A stretch of DNA of 64,000 bases from Azolla caroliniana (taxonomy: Eukaryota; Plantae; Polypodiophyta), in the NCBI GenBank assembly GCA_043228905.1, contig JBHGNT010000009.1:4898001-4962000 (forward strand), given 5' to 3'. Shown piece by piece: positions 39,744 through 52,498 of the stretch (within the stretch, counting starts at the first letter, position 1; every line of letters starts with the position of its first letter). The notes under the pieces were generated by a model, which was not told the DNA's origin, ran no database searches, and worked only from the letters and a program-made list of their open reading frames with translations. The position numbers were made by a program, and so were the translations under genes.

Positions 39744-42700
39744 TTAGGAAATAGAGGCATTCCTATCATGCCTTGATCCCTTTGATGGAGGTGCTTGGAC
39801 CGGGGGACCTTGATTGTGAACCACATTGCCTTTAGCCCTACATAGTTGAGCTTTGAATTTGCTTCCCATGACAGTTGAGACAATTCGCCAATGCGCTCGA
39901 AATTTCCCGGTTTTTCGAATCTCTTGCTTTATGCCAGAGCATTCCCTCTCAAGATCTTGTACTCGAAGCCGAATGTTGTCCATGTCCACCTTGAGGTTTT
40001 GATTTTCATGCCCCCACCCATCCCCTGTCCTCATGGCACCGGAAAGCATTCCACTCGGTCCATCGGTTACAGACTGTGTTCTGAAAGGCCGTGATGTGTC
40101 AGACATCATGAAGCAATTTGCTATGGCCGTCCTAAGTTGTAGTTGCTCGAAGAAGAGGACTTGCACAACAACACGCAGTGGCAACCGTTCATTTTGAGCC
40201 GCGTGTGTACAAGCCTCTAGTGAGAGCTTTTGACAATCCATAATCCTACATAATTGCTCCCTTTCATCTTCTTTTAGCCAAGGATGTGCCTTTCAAAAAC
40301 CAAGGGGAACCATCAACAAAACAAAAAAGAAGGTAAAAAAGCACTACCCCTGAACATGTCTTCAAAGCTTTAAAGACCAACCTTTAAGTAGATGTCAATG
40401 GCTCGATAGACACCATCGTCACAAATTCTCGAGTACTCGGGAAGAACTTCAGCTAGAGACAAGAATTTCATCGGCTTCAGGCTCACATCCGGGGCAATTT
40501 CGGCAAGGTAACCATCCAATATCCTTGCTACCATCATCATGGGGGACAAGGATGATGGGCTCATAAGAGGACCATCATAAATTGAGCTTTGCGGGGAGAG
40601 TGCCGACCCTTTCCCACCTCCGGACACAGACGACTGGTCGAGCAAGAGAAAATGGTCTAGGATCCGTTGGACGGTGTCGATGTCGTAGAGCGTCTCCACA
40701 TTGTAAGACAAGTTGGGTAGGAGCAAGTCTTCTAGGCTCGCTTGTTCAAGGTGTGCACCCATTCGTCTCTCGAGGCTACTCTTGCACTCAGGGCTCACAT
40801 TGAGTAGGATGGCACACCGAAGGAGGCCGGACAGGAACTTGGTGGACACGATGCCTTTTTGGGTCGGAAGGAGGCTCTCGATGGTCTCTAGGACTACTCT
40901 AGTGTCGTGGTCGGTCTCCAACGGGGAAATGGCGACCTCCGAGGTATGAACACAGGTACCTGAGGAGCCGGACATATGGTCGGAGCCGGCCATTTGGCAC
41001 GATCCGGACATCTGGCCCGAGCCTGTCATTTGGCATGATCCAGACATTTGGCTTGAGGTGTAGATATGGCCGCTCTCGGGTTTCGCCGATGCCGTCCGGG
41101 ATCGGGTGTTGGTGGCGAGGCCGGGGAGGTGTTTCTTCGCGTAGTGCACAAGGGCACCAGCGATGCTCTCGGGTCTCATGCCCCGGGATTCCATGGCGAT
41201 GACGGTTCTCCGGAAGAGCGGGAGGGATAGGACGGACACATCGTCGTGCCACCACCGGCCGGCCGATTCGGAGCTCGAGGATTGCGGCTTCTTCTTCGGC
41301 TTGGCGCCGGTGCTGATGCCATTCCAGAGGAGGGTGCCGCCGGGGCTCATGTGGTGGATGAGCAAGGGCCATCCATGGGGGTCAGTACAAGCCATGATGG
41401 CTATGGAGTCTACGCACAATGCGACCAAGCCGAGGTCCTCGGCGCGGGAGCAGACGCTCGGGGGCTCGCAGCTGCGGAGCGCGCGAACGCACTCCTTCCA
41501 GTTGCGGAGCACGACCTGGTTGAGGAACTCGTCGGCTTTCGCAGTGAGGTTGCCTTCGCCGAGGTCCTCGTTCATGTCGAGGTATTCGGACGCGCACCGT
41601 GCGGGGACCACGTTGCACGGGGTCAGCTCGAGTCTGAAACCGTAGCAGAATCTCGCCACGATCCCGAAGGTCTCGGGGCCGCCCGGTATGTCCGACAGAT
41701 CCAATGCCAGTTTCCTCTTCTTGTTCTCATCATCATCTGAGCTACCACTACTAGTACTACTAGTACTACTACTACTAATACTAGCATTGCCACTATTACT
41801 ACCTCCTCCACCACTAGAGGAGCTCTCTTCCACAAGCTTAGCAATCTTCCCACTCTTTGCAACCAGAGGAAACTGTTGGACACAGAAAGAAAAGAAAAGA
41901 TTTCAATAAATAAATAAGTAATGTGGTTACAATTTCAAGTGTTAAACCCCTTAATATGCCTAAAGCCCTGAATTCCTCCCCTTAACATTAGAGGCACCAA
42001 AGGTTTATTAATATGCATTTATTTATTACTTAGCAGTAATGAAATTAAATGTTTAAGAAGAGATGTTCTTCCATGGTTTTAGGGGGTGTTAGGGTTTTTA
42101 ATTAAGGGCTGATAAGTAAGTAGTAAATTTGCATAATAATCCCTTGCTATCTCCAAAGTTTTTCAGAAGGGGAATTCAGGGCCTTAGGCATATTAAGGCT
42201 ACAATTGTAGTTATAACCTTAATATGCCAGACATATTAAGGTTATAACTATAATATTTAGGCATATTAAGGTTACAATTATAGTTATAACCTTAATATAT
42301 CTGGCTTATTAAGGTTTCAATTTCAGTTATAACCTTAATATGCCTAATCAGCCCTTAAATTAAAACCCTAACACCCCCTTATACAATGGAGGAACCTCTA
42401 TGTTTGTTTTTCTTAACATTTAATTCATTACTGTTGACAAGAGAATGCTGTTTTATTCAACTTAGGTAGGGCTCCTGATATATGGTACCTTATGTAGATG
42501 GAAGGACATGTCTTGCACCTTAATTGTGATGTCACTTGGGAGGCCAGATGTGCAGAACCTGTCATCGGAAAAGAGTGTTATCTGCTCGCATTTAATTTGA
42601 GTTGTGTCTCTCTTCATCACATACACAGATTTATGTGAACTTTTGACTGGTTATGGCATAATTAAGGACGGCTTTATTGTTAATGGTTCATAATGTTCCA

Positions 42701-43263
42701 AGGAAGGCCTAATGATGTCTATTGAGCTATGCCTTACGTTATTGAGCAGATTTAATTGTCTTTTCAGCACAATTAATGGCTTAATCAAAGGCGTTGGGTA
42801 AATTAAGAGAGTTTTCTGGCGTAATTAGGTGCTTTAAGCAACGGCATATTTAATAAGAGAATTAGCACATTGTTTCCAGAATGAATTAAGCAAAAGGCAA
42901 ATTTAAAACCAAATGTTTTTTATGTAACAGTTTTCAGCATAATTCATGAGATAAGAAAAAGGCGTTAAGAGAATATTAAATTGTGACATTATTATAGCAT
43001 AATTAATGCTACATTATGAGCTACATAGCAATTAGGGGGTCAAAAGGACTCTTTAAATGATAAATAAATCAATTGCATTTTTAACATTAACGAATTGCCT
43101 TAATCAAATGCACAGTTTGAATTGAAAAATTTTGGAGACTAAAATTAGGTAACTTCTTATTACATATCAGGACACAGAGAGTTTGAGAGAGAGAGAGAGA
43201 CCATGTTTGCTCCTTGCACAGGAAAGTGTCAGGTTTGGAACCAAGCTTGAGGCAAGCAGCCAT
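39744..43263 (-). CDS. NPH3/RPT2-like (NRL) BTB/POZ-NPH3 domain protein; exons 43263-43202, 42558-42489, 41872-40382, 40289-39744
   Basis: [14 protein letters not shown] / [24 protein letters not shown] / FPLVAKSG...DIPGGPETF...FCYG...WWHDD...[13 protein letters not shown] / AHPWL...[33 protein letters not shown]. Introns are GT-AG and phases are consistent; 2169 nt (722 aa). Confidence 0.95.
41945..42436. repeat. Interlocked inverted-repeat (foldback/MITE-derived) segment in NRL intron 2
   Basis: CCTTAATATGCCTAAAGCCCTGAATTCC pairs with GGAATTCAGGGCCTTAGGCATATTAAGG. AGGGGGTGTTAGGGTTTTTAATTAAGGGCTGAT pairs with ATCAGCCCTTAAATTAAAACCCTAACACCCCCT. Internal GGCATATTAAGG...CCTTAATATGCC palindromes. 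Confidence 0.8.
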
Positions 43264-43744
43264 AGAAGAAGAACGAAAGAAAGAAAGACAGAGAAAAAGT
43301 ACGTTAGTAAAGAAAGAAGCAGAGAAGCGTGATGATGCGTATAAGGCGATGGATTCCTATGCAGGAATTATAATTGTAACAAACTATGAGGCAATTATTA
43401 TTAGGGTTTCCATTTGCAAATTTTGAGAGAGAATTACAACACAGGCGATGGTATTTGCTGCTGGTGGGGTGGGGGGGGGGGATTCAAATGGGGAGGAGAT
43501 GTGGCAGGGATTTTGAGAAGAAAAGCAAAATGGAGGATCCATGGGGAGGTAGAAGTTAGCTATGGAAGAGGAAAGAGAAATCAAACAGAGGAAAGAGACA
43601 GAGAAGAGGAACATGCTCTCTCTGGCAAAAGATAAAGAAAAAAAGGCAGGCCACTGTCCAAATGGAAGGTCCTTCCTTTCTTCTCTATGTGTGTTAGTAT
43701 GTATGAGTGTCAGAGTTCTTCTCTATACATACATTACCTTCCTA

Positions 43745-43819
43745 CACATACATACATACATACATACATACATACATACATACATACATACATACATACA
43801 TACATACATACATACATAC

Positions 43820-43851
<32 letters not shown>

Positions 43852-44097
43852 CTTTGGTAAATAGGGCTAGTTCCGGTCCATTTCTTCCATCTTTGATAAA
43901 TAGGGCTTGTAGATTTGAGTGTATAATTACTTTATAAAGTGTAACTTTTTGGACATAGAGGTAGTTTGGTAAATTTGGAACTTTCAGGGGCATTATGGTA
44001 AATAGATGAATTTCCAAGGGTATCCTGGTACTTTTCCCTACATAGTATGACTTTCATCCGTACATACATACATACATACATACATACATACATACAT
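43745..44097. repeat. (TACA)n microsatellites flanking a ~190-bp Mutator-TIR-like fragment
   Basis: (TACA)n at 43745-43852 and 44061-44097. The intervening minus-strand sequence GGGAAAAGTACCAGGATACCC...TTTACCATAATGCCCCT resembles MULE termini. Confidence 0.55.
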
Positions 44098-44876
44098 TCC
44101 ATGTGACAGTCTTCTCTGGAACACGTGAAGACAATAACTCGCACTCGCACCTCCTCAGTGTCTTTTGTCTTCTCCGGACTCTGGTAGATCTTTCCGGGCT
44201 CACTTCATCTTGATGCCCATTATCCGCCATCTTCATTCACACTTTTCACCTGTATGTATTGCAATGCACCTCCCCACATTCTGCTTCAGTCTAAAACGGA
44301 GCGTTGCGCCAGAGGCATCTATAGTGTGCGCCGTCGACCTCCACCTTTTTTCTCTTTTCCTTTGCCTTGTGTATCACACGCTCCATTGCAATGCTTTGGT
44401 CCCCCCTCACCCCCCCAATGGACATGCATTGGAGGAACCCAACAATGATCCTCATTGACTATGCCTTCCTTCATCATCAATCTTCTTTTTCTTTGGCTAT
44501 AGACTAGGGTGGGTTTCCAAGTTTGAGTATTACACACTCTACTTCATTGCTCATTGCATCTTTTGGTTTCCCCTTGTTTTCAACATCAATCTGTCCATAT
44601 ACACATTCCTTTCCATCATGATTTCCACTCTCAATAGCAATGTTTAGTGGTTGGTAACAATTCATGGACATTTGATAAAAGTCATTTAAATCAACTCCAC
44701 AATGGACTATATGCAAATGCTTGACTTTGGTCCCATATGCCCCATTTGACCTACAAGATTTTATATCATGTATTAATTATATAAATAATCCAGCACAATA
44801 CCAAGTGGTCCCATGCCATGGCTCACGTTGACTCCAGGATGGATGCTAATTTATAACCATCATCATCATCATCATC

Positions 44877-44909
<33 letters not shown>

Positions 44910-47900
44910 AGGCACATGATATGGTCTATGAATAGGAGCATCCAAAGGGAAAATGCATGAGCTGAATGTACCTTTGCTTCTATAGCAAGAATGGAGACCC
45001 CATTATAATGCATGTTTTCGAGTTCCAATTGGTCATGTTATTGGGGCCCCCTCAAGGACGAAAACATGTTATTGTCCAATGAAAGTAAGTACTCTACCAA
45101 GGACAAGAGACCAGACAAGAATCCTAATCTCCCAACCCTTTCCATTTTTTATCCACAACCTGGGAGTCTACTTTCGTAAGCTTGGCCCCTTTGGCATCCA
45201 TGGAACTAATAGATCACTCTCTCCTCTGACCACCGAGGATGACATATTTGACCTCTAAGGATGATAGTAAAATCTATCCACCTCTCACAAACATGGCTTC
45301 ATGTTATATGTTTAGAATATCCAATACAATAGCCAATGCTGGTACTACGAGAATTAGACTAACACACATGGAATCACATCTCCAATACATCTCTACAAAG
45401 TAATTTGCTCTATAAGCCATCTAGAGAATAACAAAATAGTAGGCTTAATTTGTGAATGCCCCTAAGTTGCAACAGAAGCATACTTTCTCTTTGTCTCTAG
45501 ACCAAGGTTTGATTCCTGCATGGATTGGGGAAACTATCCCATTTATTCTTCCTTATGGGATGATGGAGAAGAGTATCCAAAGTCTTACCCCCCACATGTT
45601 AACTCATTTGGCAATATAAACTCTTACTATGAATCCATTAAAACAAAATTAGTTGGATTTGATAATCACAATTTTGTTGTCGAAACAACTCCCGATAGAG
45701 ATATAACTTGAGAATGAGAGTTGGAAAGGGAGGATTTATGAACATAACATCCCACTAATAATACGGCTGAAATGGAAAGATATTGCCAAACTCCTTTTAT
45801 TATGTATGTGATTTACCGATTACAAACCCAAAGGATAATACTGCTACTTTGACGAAGAGGTTGCAAATACGATATGGAAATAAAAAAGATATACAAGTGC
45901 TTATTGAGATCTCACCATATCACGACAGGAGAATGGAAAACTAGACAATATCATCAACTTGCACAAGAATCTAAGTCGAAATTCATGGACAACTCAAATA
46001 CAACAGTGTATGATGTCGACTTTACTTATTTGTGATGAGGCTTTGAGTGGCCATAAGGTTCCACTTCTTCTTCTTGGTTAAAAAAGTTGAAATTTTCTTG
46101 CTCCCAAATTGTTTGCTTTATTCTCCTAAAATCCATCCACTCTAGAATTCTTCCACAAAAGTATGCAAAAATAACTCCAAAAGAACTCTTTTTTAATACA
46201 ACATTATGCCCTTCTTTTACATACTCAGTGATAGGCAAAACCAAGCTCAAAACCAAGCTCAAAACCAACTTTCCCAATAGTTAAAAGTGAAAGAGGTCAT
46301 CATGTTTTGTTGTGAAATTTTGGTTTTCTTATTTGGACCATATTGTCTTATCTAAAATTCCAATTTTAGAGATACATACTTGCATGAAGATGGCCATGAT
46401 ATCATATCCTACAATGTTGTAGCTTGAGTGGAAATATGTTTGGTCATTTTGACATAAAGAAATCATTGTTTTTGAATATATGTTCAAAAAGCAAAAAACA
46501 TTCCATCTAAAAATAAAAGATGATTGATCAAGCACATCCATAAAAAAACAAAAGAATATTTGTTGCATTTTGTGTGATGTGCTCAAAGTAATAAAAAGAG
46601 GAGGAAAGAGGTTTTTTACCATAAGCTAGTATCAATGGTGGATGCATAACACCTTTGCATACATGATAGTATGATTGACTCTAGTAATAAACATTAGTGC
46701 ATGAAGAAACCATTGAAACATAAGATTATATTCTTTGACCAATGTAACTTGAAAGGGTTTATTCGAGATTAAGCATGATGCCGAGGTGGTATAACAATGA
46801 CCACTATGATGCAATGTAGGTTGGTGACATAACTACCACATTTTCCATATGGTGTAAAAACATGAGAATATTATTAGGTTTTAGTTGGAAATCGTGACAT
46901 TGTTAGCATGTACTTCTCATTTTTTTTAAAATAACTATTAGGGATTCTTTTGTAGAGTAGAGAACTACCAAGTTTACTTTCCAGACTCCACCCTATATGA
47001 GTTTCATAGTATGCTAATTGGCTTTGAAGTGGGGATATGCTCTATTCCTTACTATGTGCTTACAAGGCTTGTTAGTGCCATATTGACTAACCAATACATC
47101 AATGTATACATCTAGCTTTGCAAAGGTGGATGTTACATATAGGGGGCGAAATGATACTACTCCTCTACGATACTCCTCCATTTAGATTTGACCTTCCTCA
47201 ATCACCATAATAGAAGCATGATGTACCCATTTGTGAAGTAGAAGGGAAACCTTGTATGCCATGCTTTTTGTACCCAACATCAAATTTATTTAGACGTATA
47301 TTAGCCCTTAATATATATGTTTTTAAAAGACAGGAAGTTATGTATGAAAACCATCAACTTTGGTCTTAATTGTAGACCATTAGATTTATCTTAACATTCC
47401 TCGTTAAGTTTATGAAATCTTTAAAAGTACCTTCAACACATGTGAACATATTTCTTCGTGGATGGGTATGATTGGGTATAGTCACATTTCCATATGTTTC
47501 ATAAACCTTTGTTTTTTACCTTTCAAGTGTCATAATATCATAAATCTAGTAAAGCGCCATAGGAAACTAAATGCCCAATATGGCATGATGATAATAATAA
47601 ACATTTCTCATATAAGTAAATGTGAAATTATCAAAAAAAAATTTCAACACCATATATTCAATGTCACAAAAACTAAACACTCTCATCAAATCAAAATCTT
47701 ATTTATATCCCACCACACTTGTCCCAATGTCTCTAAATAATGGATGTTTTCCGTATTGATTTTATTATCTTAGATTTCATTAAGATTATATTAGAATGCG
47801 ACTTTGATTTGTGACATATAAGATTGTCACTTGGTGGTCAGAGTGGATATGTGTTTTTGTATGTATATGTATGTGAAATAAAAAAATAAGCACGTGTCAA

Positions 47901-49349
47901 GTAAACCTCAAAGTTCATGTGACTTACTTCTTTTTTTAACCTTTGAACTAACCATAGTTCATCGATCATTTTATATATAGGCTTTTGTGGAAGGGCTCTA
48001 GTTTAAAGGAAACCTAACAAAACAACGTGTTCGTTTTAAAAACATACAAGTGACACAAAAACTTCAAGTTGCTGAGCTTTTCCTTGAAAAGGCAGAAGGC
48101 TTGTGAGGCCAACCTTGTTGGTTAGTGATTTGGTAACGATATAATACTTTGGCTATAAAGGATTAGTGGGAGAAAAGAGAACAAAAAGCAATGCAAAATA
48201 ATGAATGAGAGAGGTAATGAAATTGAAGAGTAGGAGACAACTCACTATATAATGGAAGTTTTGGACATTGACCTTCAGAATTGAGGTCTCGGTCACATGG
48301 TCTATCACCTTACAAGGATCAAGTCGAAAAATAAAATACCTAGAAGACTTATGAGGAGTAGGGTATACTACCTTTAATTATTAAGAGGGATTTCTTTTGT
48401 ACGAAAGGATTTCTTTAAAGGTAGACAAGCAACAACAATACAAAATATTTCGAAATATTACCCTACCGTGGATGTTAAGAGAAGAGGGAACTATAATCTA
48501 TTCTACTTGTAGCATTGCGGAATAATGAGTAATCTCTATGACTTTCCCTTTGCACAAGCCATTAAAATGACAAGGTCTTGTTTGAATTGTGGGGCCAATT
48601 GATGCCTGAAAAGGCACATGCACACACTAGAATAATATTTTGAAATTTATTAAACAGATAGCAATGAGGGAAATTATAAATTCCGTATACGAAACATTGA
48701 AAAACAATGAGAAATCATTGCAACTTCCTTTTGGGCTACGCCAAAAACTAGAGGCATATATTGTTAACATAATTGGGAAGATCTCCTTGTCATTATAGGG
48801 ACATTTCAAATATTTACAATCATTGCACAATGTATGTACAAGTTTTGTGTGGTCAATCATCGATAATTGTCTCCAACATTAAATAACTATCAATATCATC
48901 AAGGATGCACATTGCATACTTCAATTACTGGCAGTCAAGTCAAATGGATAATTCAACATCTAGGCTATCCATACATCAATATGCCTAATGCGAAAGTAAC
49001 ATCTCACATTTTTAGAAAATTTGATGTTTTTGCGGAAAAACACTATGTGACCTAAAGTTGTCGAATTAGTGGTAAATTGTAAAGAAGATTTTATAAGGAA
49101 GAAATACAGACTGCACTTCAAGACAAAAGGTATAGATACTTTAATTGAGATAATGCAAAAGGAAATAAGAGGTGGAATTGCTTGCTAGCCTGTACAACAA
49201 ACTTGGTTAAATTAATGTTAATATGGCAATGTAAAGACACAAGAGTTGTTTGTTAGTCACTTTCTTGGATGTTTTGCAATTTCACATTACATATTTCTTG
49301 CCATGTCAGATTTACTAATTGTGCTTCTATATATGTATATACATACATG

Positions 49350-49351
<2 letters not shown>

Positions 49352-49430
<79 letters not shown>
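49352..49430. repeat. (CA)n microsatellite
   Basis: Long perfect CA run. Confidence 0.95.
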
Positions 49431-49434
<4 letters not shown>

Positions 49435-50546
49435 CTGGTGCTCATCTTTATATATCTATATACATTTTGAACACTTCTCCCATTCGTTGTAAAGAGAGAA
49501 AATTCGGTTCATTCAATTAGTTAAGCTCGTTTTTAGTGTTTTGACACTATGTACATAAAAAATGCACGAAATCCATAATTTCTTTGTCGAGGAGCACATG
49601 CAAACACGTTTTTGGTCATAAAAGTATACCCTTAATTAAAGGATGGGCCTCCTTAATTACATGCTCTCAACATGATATTTAGGGCAATGTGAATCACGAT
49701 CTTGATTCCTCATAGCCATTCCATAAATTGCTAATGTCTATAATAATATTGGCCATTGATTTTTGACCAAAAACTCAAGAAAGCTACAAATCTAGCAATT
49801 TTAAGATCTAGATTCTACATAACCCATGATGTTTATTTCGATCCATCCCTTATTTCTTCAAAGAGAATATGACTATTTTATAGACATATTGAGGAATAAT
49901 GGTAACAAAGTGCCACAAATCGATGGGTTTAATGTAAATTTAGTGTTGTGCATGCACAACGAATGATTATGTGCTCTAGGAAGTTTAATAAATGAAGAAC
50001 TACATCTTTCCACAACATTAACCAATTAAAATTGAGGATAACTTTTCATCCTTCTAATTTTGTAAGGTTCTTTCTTCATCATTAAGTGACTTGGATAAAA
50101 CCACATCCTCCTACTATATAACAAGAGAACACAAACTTATATCTACTTTTGTGTAATAGAGTGGGATAGGTGTACATGCAACACTTTACAGCTCCATCCA
50201 TGTTCGTTTCCCACTCTTTCATTTGTCATCTCATCTTTTTTGCTTAGTGCATCAACACCACTACCTGCTTTTACATGCCTTTGTATTCCCAAATGGCAAA
50301 CCTTTTATTGTATGGATTTGAGTATAGAGACTAAAATACACACCTTTCCTTTTCATATATATGCATGTTCATATCTTGTCGATTTGGTATGGGTTGACTC
50401 ATGTGGATGTGTACATCGAAAGCAATATTGTATTTTGATTGGGAAGAGTGTTTTGAAAGTTTCCATAACATTTTATGGTTTAGTAGTATGTTCATTGAGC
50501 TAGAATTTTTTGGTGTTGGGCATTCCATAAATGTCTTGTAACATCA

Positions 50547-50598
<52 letters not shown>

Positions 50599-51419
50599 CA
50601 CTTCGATAAACAAGGCTTTTGTAGGGAGAATCACATGTTAACTGCAAAACATGTTTCTATGAAATTGTATGGATACAGTATTCATTCAAACAACTCTAGT
50701 CCAATAAGATGCTAAAGTGTAATAAAAGAACATGTACAATTGTACAGTGCGCTTGAAAAGCAAGAAAGAAAAAAGTTTACTCATCGATTCCCAATGCCAA
50801 TATTATGCTAGAGATATTTAAAATTTGTCGCTATTGAAAGTTTGGCTTGAATCAAACTTCATTCTTATTCCATGAAGTGAATTTCATGCTTACTACCACA
50901 TCATCAGAATTTATCGAGAATCCATTCAAAATTTGAAAAACCAAAAATACTAAACTAGAGTAATTAAAGTAATTTGCTATTACTTAGTAACATATATATT
51001 AGGACAACTAATTTTTTAATATCAATTAACCTCTTGTGTTGTCCTTCGTCTTTTGACTCCTGCGGCTATATGTAAGACAATGTTCCAAAGAGAGAATTGA
51101 ACACTTTGAAGTCTTACCAATTTCCATGGGAACTCGAAGCTATGTTTGCCTTGGCCAAGTATATTGCTTTTCCTTTACTTATCATAATTTGCAATAACAT
51201 GTCATTGGTTTAAGTCAATGGCTTGTCAATGCCTATGTTCAATTGATAATTAGTCATTGCAAGTCCAAAGGAGATTGGCAAATGAGGTTCAAACTAAATC
51301 TAATATCGGGACATTCTCTTCTTCATTACAAAGTGTCACATTGTCTTCTCTCTCTCTCTCTCTCTCCCCCTCTCTTTCTCTTGGTAAAAGCACACAATTA
51401 TATTTATTGTTGTAAAATC

Positions 51420-52220
51420 CATAGTTACAACACTTCTTAGTCTGCTCTACCTACCTATCCTTTGCCTATGTAGGGAGAGGGACGTCTTGTAATGACATTA
51501 GAAAACTTGAATATGCATTTGAGGAAATGATTCCAACATGCTCTAACATCTAGAAATTCCACATAAGAATACCTTCCAACTTCTTAATATAGGCTTTCAC
51601 CCCATGTTTACTATCAAACATGAAAGCATTACGCATATTCCAATTGTGTTGTAGTCTCCATTAACGTAAAAATTGGAACAATATCTCCATCTCATCATTT
51701 GAAACATTTTAAACATATTGAGAAAAAACCCATTGTTGAGGTCTCAAATAACAACGAGTTAAAACTTGCCAAATGTCCGATAAATACTTCCAAATTATAC
51801 ACGCTATACCACATTTAATGAACGTATGTGTACTGACTATCCTCCAATGGAATGGTGCAAAAGAAACAAATGCCTTACCCTAATCCTTGTCTCTTTAAAG
51901 CTGAACCTAATGGAAGCCCACCAATCATGACTCTCCATATGAATACCTTTGCATGAAATGGCAGATGGGAATGCCAACCACGTTGTAATATGTTCCACCA
52001 CCTTGCATTCAACTTAGATACATTCCATGCCTTTTCTGGTTTAGGTGATAGCCAAGATAATGATGTCATTGCATGATGATACAACATATTTGTAGTGACT
52101 TGTAACAAGCGTGTACCATCCTGTTGTTGGAGACTTAGGCTGTCAGTGCAGAATGTGAACAACACTATGTGATGAAGATCGCCAAGTTGATGACAGAGAT
52201 TAGCAAGGCCACTTAACAAA
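51420..52220 (-). mobile_element. Degenerate L1-type LINE 3' fragment
   Basis: W..IL...W....PFHAKVFIWRVMIGGLPLG, followed by decayed C-x2-C...H.FIKC and W.IW..RNA..F motifs (zf-RVT region). Confidence 0.75.
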
Positions 52221-52271
52221 GATCAAGATAAAAAAGACCAAATATGAGAGAGGGAGAGAGAGCGAGAGAGA

Positions 52272-52460
52272 TGGATGTAGCTCAGTTGGTAAGGTTGCCC
52301 AATGGAGACCAGGTGGTCATGGGTTCAACCCCTACATTCCATAGTGGCATCTAGTGAATTATGAGATATATAAGAAGTATATAATAGAGAGGTGAGGAAG
52401 TTGGGTTTTGAACCCACAACGCAGTGCTTGTAGTGCTAACAACTTACCACTAGGGTAAGG
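52272..52460. other. Convergent pair of tRNA-like cassettes inside a (GA)n tract
   Basis: Plus-strand cassette: A-box TAGCTCAGTTGG (52278-52289), B-box GGTTCAACCCC (52322-52332), acceptor-like GGATGTAG/CTACATTCC. Minus-strand cassette: A-box TACCCTAGTGG (52457-52447), B-box GGTTCAAAACC (52414-52404). Confidence 0.7.
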
Positions 52461-52498
52461 TAATTACGATTAAAAGAGAGAGAGAGAGAGTCACACAA

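Noticed and set aside
40582-41909. Several antisense and alternative-frame ORFs over the NRL exon
   Set aside because: Shadow ORFs expected from high GC content; no independent evidence.
45480-49100. Possible very old gag and LINE endonuclease/RT remnants
   Set aside because: Only faint motif hints; no continuous frame or termini that I can defend.
52272-52342. Functional tRNA gene
   Set aside because: A and B boxes are present, but I cannot form a canonical anticodon arm or T-stem, and there is no poly-T terminator. Reported as tRNA-like only.
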